The position numbers were made by a program, and so were the translations under genes. This document shows, one piece after another, positions 52,201 through 61,200 of a stretch of DNA of 64,000 bases. Source of the stretch: Candidatus Oxydemutatoraceae bacterium. Its GTDB lineage: Bacteria > Pseudomonadota > Gammaproteobacteria > Poriferisulfidales > Oxydemutatoraceae. The notes below the pieces were generated by a model. It ran no database searches. It was not told the origin of the DNA and worked only from the letters and a program-made list of their open reading frames with translations. The first letter of the stretch is position 1. Every line of letters begins with the position of its first letter. The DNA lies in NCBI GenBank assembly GCA_965219575.1, contig OZ244779.1, forward strand, positions 1,644,769-1,708,768. The letters are read 5' to 3'.

Positions 52201-55200
52201 TTGAATCACGGTTTCCCCGACGCCATCGTCGACCGCCAACGCTACATTGACCGTCTCGGCGCTTTGATCGGCAGCGATGAAATCGTCGCGCAGATAGAAC
52301 GACAGCGTAGCACGACCCGAACCACCTGAAACGCGACCGGCGAGCATGGTGCGGTCTAAAAGCCTCACTTGCGTTTCATCCGCCGTCCATCGATAGCGCA
52401 GATTACCGCCGTCGGCATCCGAAAGCTCGCTGCTCAGCGTAATGAAATGCCCCTCTCTGATCGGCACCGAAGTGCTTAACGGCTCACCGCGCTCATCCAT
52501 TGCTGCGCGCACCGCAATCGCACTTGCTTCGGGGAATGTATTAAAGCTAATGCGATATTCCACATCCAAATTCTCCTTGCCGCCGATCTCGTAAGGTTCG
52601 GATATCACGATGCGCACCCGCGTCGCGGTAGTAACATCGCCGCTCAAAGAATAACTCGCCGAACCGATCGACGGCGGTGCATCGTTTATCTTGATAATGC
52701 CGGCGGGATTGTATGCGTCGGCAACGATACGAATTTCGGCACTGCGATCCCGCACCGACACGGTAATTTCGTCAACCGCCGCACGATTAAAATCATCCTT
52801 GAATGTTGCCACCCTCGGCATCGACGATAATTCCGGCTGCGCTAGCGCACCGATTTGACCGATTTGTAAATCTTGCAAGCCCAGGCGTTGGCGCGGTAGC
52901 ACGGCACCACAATTCACCGACGGTGTGCCGCCGGCACAGCTGCCGTCGTTATATTTGAGGACCGGGTATTGCTCGATGGTGCCGAAATCCCAACGCTCGG
53001 TGCTCCAGTTGCGGTACGGGTGGGCATTACTTGACCTCGATGATTTCAGGACTTCGGAATTAAAGCCGCGTAAACTCCCGAAACGCGAACCTGCGGATTG
53101 ACCACTGCGTTCAATATCCCAATAATTTCCGATGAGATTAGGACCGAAATCTAACCTTATAAATCCTCTATCGTTCGTCGGATTCCCCGAGACGCGGGCG
53201 ATTGAATAGTTGTCGATGATTTGGCCGGAGGCTCGATAAATACCGATGAAGCCACCTTTCCTCGCCGCACCGACAACCGAACCGGCTGCATAACTGTCCC
53301 TAACAATTGTCGAACGACCAACCTCGAAATAGCCTAGAAAGCCACCGACTTGATTAAAATCACTGTCCCCACCTCTTGCCGTTACCGCAGCGAATGTATA
53401 ATTGTTGGCGATAACCTTGCTATCCGGTCTATTAATAGCATCATCATCAATAAGCCGTCCGATCAAACCGCCGACAATGTCGTCTGCCGATACGCGCCCG
53501 GTTGAATGGCTATTGTCGATCGCCGTATTATTAACATTGCCTATCAAGCCACCGACAGTGTTATCTCCGTTGACATCACCGATGGCATAGCTGTTGCTAA
53601 TCGTTGCATTTGCGGCATGGCCCACCAAACCGCCGATAAAGGTTGATCCATCGACATCACCTGCCGCATAGCTGTTGCTAATCCTGCCTCCAGAATCGCC
53701 GACTAGACCACCGGCTCTACTCCCTTCCCCTCGCACATCGCCCGTTGCATAACTATCGCGGATATTGCCGGACGACCTACCGACCAAGCCGCCGTTATAA
53801 CCTTGACCTGAATCATTGGTCACATTGCCCGTTGCATAACTATTCATAATCATCGTGTTACTGAGGCCGATGCCGACCAAGCCACCGATACCCGTACCTT
53901 GAGTAACGGTTATGCTACTACCCCCCTTTCTAACGACGGTGGCAGACGAAGCACCGTTTTCAATACGACCACCGCTTTCCAGCACACCGACCAAACCGCC
54001 GTTCGCTATGATGTCTCTTTGACCGGTAATATTGATATTCAGATTTATTGCCCCTGACGTACGACTATTGCCGATGGTTGCATTGGAAAAACTGACCAAG
54101 CCTCCGAGAACATTGGTTCCCGTCAATGTACAGTTTGCCGAACTATCGCTAATTTGGATGTTGGTCCCATTTGCTCTGCCGATCAAACAACCGCCGTCAT
54201 AATAAGTGCTAACCCTGCCACTCAATACATGGCTATCGGTGATGCTACGACCGCTGAACGAACCGACCAACGCACCGACATTATTGGAACCCGCTATGTC
54301 CACATCGGCTAAGCGCACACCTCTGATCTCGGCATTGCCGCTTGCTGCCGCAAATAAGCCCAAATTGACTTGACCGGCTTGCGAAGTACCGGCGAAACTC
54401 ACCGGTTGATTTATGCGTAGGTTGGATATCGTATAGCCGTTGCCTTCAAAAATAGCCGTGAAGCAGTTGCTGGTTGCATGGCTACAATCACCGATCTGAT
54501 TTTGTCTGTTAACCACCGTCCCGATCGGATCCCAGTTGTTATAGGTATCCGGAACATTGAAACTTCGATAACTGGACGCGTCGTCAAAATCCAAATCTCT
54601 GACCAATTCGTAACCTCTGCAGACATCGCCCGGACAGCCGCGGAACGATAACGCACTATTATCGGGATCTAGAAGCCTGGTGCCATCGGGCTGATTACGA
54701 ATTAAGTCTAATTGTTCTATAAAAAAGATATCTATCAAGCCGTCTCGGTCATGATCTACGATACGATCATCAAATGCCAGTCTGCCATTAATAACCGAGA
54801 CGATGGTATTGGAATACCCTTGGTTGTCGGTATAGGTCGTTGTCAACCGATACGATGCAAATATATTTCCAACTCGATAATAGGCACTATCAACACCTGT
54901 CGGAGAACCGTCTATCTCCCATTGATAGCTTATATCGGTGAACGGTCCACCGTCGGCATCGTTGATTTCGGAGGCAAAAATATAATTTGCGTTGGCAACA
55001 CCAAAGGGACCATCCACCCAACGCAACGCTGCCATCTCACCGTCGCGGTTGGTCTTGACCACATTGATGATGATATCCCGAGACGCAAATGCATCGGGAT
55101 TATTCCTTTTGACGACTTCCAGCCTGATAACCGCTTGCCCACTGACGGCTTCGGCAGCGAGCAGATCGTTGCGCACCGGCACCCTCAGCGTCCGCTCGAT

Positions 55201-58200
55201 ATTTTGCGGTGTGGGCAATAGTTCGGGGCCTCCGGTTTGCCTCCATCTATAATCCAATGCCGCATTGCCCGCGGCGCGGCTCTGCGCCGCATCCAATATC
55301 AGGGTATCGCCTTCGTTCACGGTGATGGTACTTTGCGCAGCCAACGCCACCGAAGCAGCGTCGTTTCGTGCGTATGTGATTACCAGCTGCGGCGGTTCGC
55401 CGGAAACCGGCGGTGCCGAGCGCGGAGATACTGCCACCCTAGTTGCCGACTGACCGCGTAGTAGTGCGCCACACATCGGCAACGAGGTGTCGTCGTCGAA
55501 GTCGCAAGCAGGGTCGTCTCTATCGGCACCTTCGGTATATCTCAGTAGCGGGTATTGCATATCGGTGCCGAAATCCCAGGCGTCGGTGTTCCAACCTCGA
55601 TATGTAATGCAACTGCGCGTCCTATTCCGGCTTGCTACGGTGCGCCCGTCTTCACCGCTCAAACAGGTTTGAGGTGTGTTCGGCACCGACGGATTGGTTA
55701 ATGTATTATTCGATCTCCTGTTATTGATATCGGGCACCGATACGACATGTGTGACATAAGTATTTCCGGAAACGGTGACCACACACCGATACGGTTCTCT
55801 ACGCCAATAGCTATTCGTAGGTGCTCTACTCGGCGTGCCACGGTTTAACAAGCCGGCAACATTAACATCGAATGTGTTGCCGTTATAAGTTCCCTCTAAA
55901 TTAGCCGGGGTGCAAACAGGCACATTGACCGGTCTTGAACCAAGATCGGTATTAGTTAACGGTAAAGCGAAGTTCGCCGATGAAAAGCTACCATTGGCAT
56001 AGCTGTTGGCAACAATGGATCTGCCGTCGATGTGCCTACCGACCAAACCACCGAAATACGGCACCGCACATGAAACAGCGATCGGTGATGGTTGTGGGGT
56101 TCTTACTTGACTATCGACATACACATAACTATTTTTGATTTCGCTGATGCCGTCGGCTCTCTCGGCATCGGATAACTGGGACCCGACCAAACCACCGACG
56201 ATGCAAGTCCCGAATACTTCACCCGCCGCATAATAGCTGTTGTGAATTCTCCCGCCACGCCGATTCCTACCGACCAAGCCGCCTACGGTCACATTACCGT
56301 TATTGGAGATATCACCGTCGGAATCCTGCACACCGACATTAATGCGTGCGCTACTGCCGACTATATATCCTTCGTTGACACCGACCAAGCCACCGGCCGA
56401 ACCTCGATCGGTTTGGATTATATGGAACATTAGACTCAATATTCTAGTTACAGTGCCGCGCACATCACTATTGCGGATCACACCGCCGCGCCGCAACAGC
56501 CCGGTGATACCACCGACATTCTTAATCCCTGCCAAACCTTTGATGGCGGGAGAGTCCAGGACTAAGTTTTCAATCTTACCGTTTGCACCGATCTCGGAAA
56601 ACAAGCCGACATTCGCTTTGCTGCCGGCACTGCTACGGCTGATAGCCAGGCGGGCAATAGAATAACCGTTGCCGTTGAATGTTGCATTGAACACGCCCCC
56701 TATCGGTTGCCAACCGTCGGCGGTGGAGACGAATTCATTTTCGTCTACCGTCCACGCATCATTCACCTCGCCCGAGCGATAGTCGCCGCTCGTGGTGAAA
56801 TTGAGATTCCCGGTCAACTCGTAGCCGATACAACCGGTGATCGGGCAACCGCGAGTAATCAATTCGCCATCGGCACTTGCCCTATAGCCGCTACCGTCGA
56901 GCTGATAACGTACCGCATTCAGATCTTCTAAATGCCTAATCTCTATCAAACCGTCGCCGTCGTCATCTATGTCGTCGGCGTTGGCAATCGAATCGCCATC
57001 AATATCGGCATTATCCATAGCGACCGACAACCCGACGGTGACGCTATTCGATACGATTGGCTCGCTCGTATAACCCTGACCATCCGAATACAAACCGATA
57101 AAACGATATTGATACCCGCCATCGACCGTATCGCCCGGTGATAAATCGACATTCCTCCATGCATCGCCCGGAAAACGCCGCTGGAACTGCCTACTTAGAT
57201 TGCTCACGGTACCGTCGATATCGTTAAGATTCTCGGTGACCGTGATTCTTCGGTTCGTGTTCACCGACAGTACCGGATTTCCGGTCACCCGACCGTTATT
57301 CACTTTGTTGATACGCACCGCGATCTCTCTGCTCAAGTAGACTTGACGGACACCGTTATCGGGGGTAATCGATACCGATAATTCAAACTCAAAATCGCCG
57401 TGATCCACATTCGCGGGTAGCAGGTCCACTTGCGGTGCCAACACTAGGTTCAAACTATCTGCATCGGCAATGTTCACCGGCGTGCCGCTGATCTGAGACC
57501 AGCTTAGATCCGAACTACCGGCGTAGTCTCCGCCGATCGTGAAAGTGGCACCCTCGTCGATGTCGATTGCGGCAATATTATCCAGTCTTAGATTATCGCG
57601 GACTATATCAAAATAATATCTCGACACCCGATTGCCGGCACTCGCTACCAGCGTGATTTCTTGTGTATTAGAATTATCCAAAATGAGCGTATCGTCGCTG
57701 CCGACAAGCGGACATAACGCATCGTCGCAATACAACATGGTCTCCAAACCGGCAACGGTCGATGTGGTGATGAATGTGATCGGCAACGGTAATCGGGTCG
57801 CGTCTACATAGAGCCGGTATCTGTTACTATTTCCACTATATCTAAAACCGCCGGTGATACCGTTTATTCGGGCTATTGCGGCATTCGCCACCTCTACAAT
57901 ACCCACCAACGAACTATCCAATACCTGCATCGCAATGCGACCGTCGGCAGCCTTCAGTGTCGGGTACTGCCGATTAGTGCCGAAATCCCAATCGTCGCTA
58001 CTCCAATTCGCATAAATACCCATCGTTGGCGTCGTCCCTTGTAGCACTGCGGTGGTTTGACCACCGAATGCGGTGGTTTCACCGATCGTCGTAGAAGCCG
58101 ATTGTTGATCGTTAAGGATATTATCCCAATAGCTGTTGATAACGGAGACGGTGCCGGTGGTACCCCCGATCAGACCTAAAACACCCCCCGACTGGCGCGC

Positions 58201-61200
58201 TGCCGCATAGCTGTTGACGATATCGGCTTGCTCCATAAAGCCGACCAAACCACCGAACCCTTGAACGAACCCTGCAATCTCGAAGTCTTGATCGATACAC
58301 TCTAGATCGAGTATCTTGTTCATATCCACCTGTGCATAGCTGTTCTCGATAGTACTGATATTCTCTGCGCTATCGCGGTTTGCCGAGATATGCTCCCCGA
58401 CCAAGCCACCAAGCCGACAATGCCCGCTTATCGCACCGGTCGTATAGCTGTTTTTAATCTTCGCACCACGCTCGTTCCTGCCGACCAAGCCGCCTACGAT
58501 GTCCCCTAAAGCATCACCGTCAGGAGAAAACGAATGGACATAGACCTGTGCAAAGCTGTGGCTAATCTCACCCCCGCTATTGACACCGACCAGACCACCG
58601 AAACGACTTTGTTTAAGCGCACGCCGACTGTAGTTGGAACCTACCAGTGCGGTGACATCGCTTACACCGATATCGTATATGCGACCACGGTTCTCGCCTG
58701 CCAAGCTCCCTTGTCGCTCCGCTCTCCTACTATTAAGGTCACGCCCGATGACATCGTAAATCCCGACATTGCGCAAGCGGAGTGCCTTAACTTCGGCATT
58801 CCGACCTAGGGTATGGAATAATCCGATTGCATCTTTGGTTTCCGTGCCGCGCAAACTCAAATTGCGAATGTGATATCCGCTACCGTCGAACACGGCATCA
58901 AACGAGTTATCATTATCTCCTATAGGATCCCAGTTATCCGCCCATTCGGTATTGACCACACCCGAGCGATAGCTTGCGGCATCGCCGAAGTCCAAGTCTC
59001 GCGTCAATTCGTAGCCGAAGCAACCGACAGTCGGGGTGGTCGGACACCCTTCAACGATAGGCAATAATCCACCGTCGGGTAGTGTATAGGTGTAGGTACT
59101 GCCGTCTAAACTATAGCGTATCGCATACAGATCGTCCACTGTCGTGATTTCTATCAAACCGTCGTCGTCGGCATCGGCTAACACTCTATCGTCGTCAAAG
59201 CCGAAATAATCTATCTCTAAAATATATTCAACGGTCGCACCGGCACTTTCAACCGACACGATAATCGCATCGCCGACGCCGGGGTCGGGTACGATCGGGG
59301 TGCTGACGGCACCGTCGACAACACCGAATTCATCTCCGCCGTAAGCGATAGTAATCATCGCATCGTCGCTCGCAGCATTCGGTATCAGACGCAACGAGCC
59401 GGTCACCCCGATATACGCACCGATACGATAACGCAGTCTAGGAGTTGCAAATTGCGGCGACAACTGCATTATGCTTCCCAAAACTTGTAGGTCGCTCAAC
59501 CCGTAGCTCCGTACGCTACCGCAAATCGGCTGACCGCTACCACCGCACGCCGGGTTGTCGCCATCGTCTCCGCGTCCATAGCGCAGTTGGGGATAGTGTT
59601 CGGTGCTACCGAAATCCCACAGGTTTGTATCCCATCTATAGTAGGCGGTATCGGTGCTATTATTCTGGGCAACACCGGCTTGCAGTGCAACCGTCGTTTG
59701 GCTGCTACCGATGCCGTTGTCCGCCACGCCGGCGGTCTCTATGTTCCAGTAGCTATTACTCACGCCACCTAAACTGTCACCGATCAAGCCACCGGACCGA
59801 GGCACATCGCTCACTCGCCCGATAGCGTAACTATTGACGATGCCTCGCTCGCCGACATTGTTGTTGACCCCGACCAAACCGCCGACCCGACTTTGTGCGG
59901 AAACACCACCGCTCGCATAGGTATCCGACACCGTACCGTTATTCAAACCTGCCAAACCACCGACGCGGTTGCTGCCCGATACCTCACCCAAGGCATAGCT
60001 CGTCAAAACCGCCGCACCTACCTCGTTGCGACCGACCAAACCACCGACCGCACCGATGCCCGATACCGCACCGCTCGCATAGCTGTTGACGATACGCCCG
60101 TTGCTGTCGGAACCGATACCATTAGCCCCGACTAAACCGCCGACATTGTTCTCACCCGATACGCTACCGATCGCATAACCGTTATAAACCTTGTCGGTGT
60201 TATAACCGACCAAACCGCCGACATGATAACTTTCGCTATCGTCGCTACCCGATCCTACAACCATAACTTCGGCAAAACTACGGTCAACCAAACCATCGTT
60301 CTCACCGACCAAACCACCGACAAAGGCCCTGCCCGTGACCTCGCCTAGCGCACCGCTTGCGACGATAGAGCCTCCCAAGTTGCGACCGACCATACCACCG
60401 ACCTCGCTTTCGCCGCCGACCTCACCGCTTAACGACACATTGTCGACGCGACCGTTGCTATTGCCGGCCAATCCACCGACACCGTCCCGGCCGGTGACCG
60501 ACACACCCGATAAAACGAGGTTGCGGATCTCGGCATCGGCATGCAGATGCGCAAACAACCCGACATTGTCCGTGTTCGGTGCGGCAATACGCAAGCCGGA
60601 AATCGTATAGCCCGATGACCGATTGCCCTCGAATATGCCGGTAAAACATCCGTTCTCGGAGTTATCGCAATCGAGCGTTCCGATAGATTCCCAATCGGCA
60701 GCGGAAAGCTCTATACTCGCCGCCAATTCGTAGCCGATACAGCCGGTCGTAGGGGCACAACCGACGGTGATTCTTTGATCGGCAGCCGACGACCTATAGC
60801 CGCTACCGTCCGGTTGATAGCGCACCGCATCCAGTTCGGTTCGGTTGTATATCTCTATCAAACCGTCGTCGTCTACATCCAAGTCGTCCACGCGCAGATA
60901 CGGATGGCGCAACGCAGTGAAGGTATAGACTAGATCGCCGTTTCCGAGATTGATTCCGGTACTGCCCGAAGCGGCAACCGGAATACGCAACGATGCGCTG
61001 CCGCTTCGGACAACTTCGGCAATACCGCCGTCTACCGACAATCCATACGCCGCTCCCACATAAGTTGGCGTGAGTTGGAATCCGGTCTCGTCGGCTTTCA
61101 ATACCAAGCTGTAGTTGTATATCTGCGGATTAAACGACGGAATAAGCTCTAAAACTTCGCTCGAGAATGTCAAATCGGTCAAACCGATATACTGACCGCG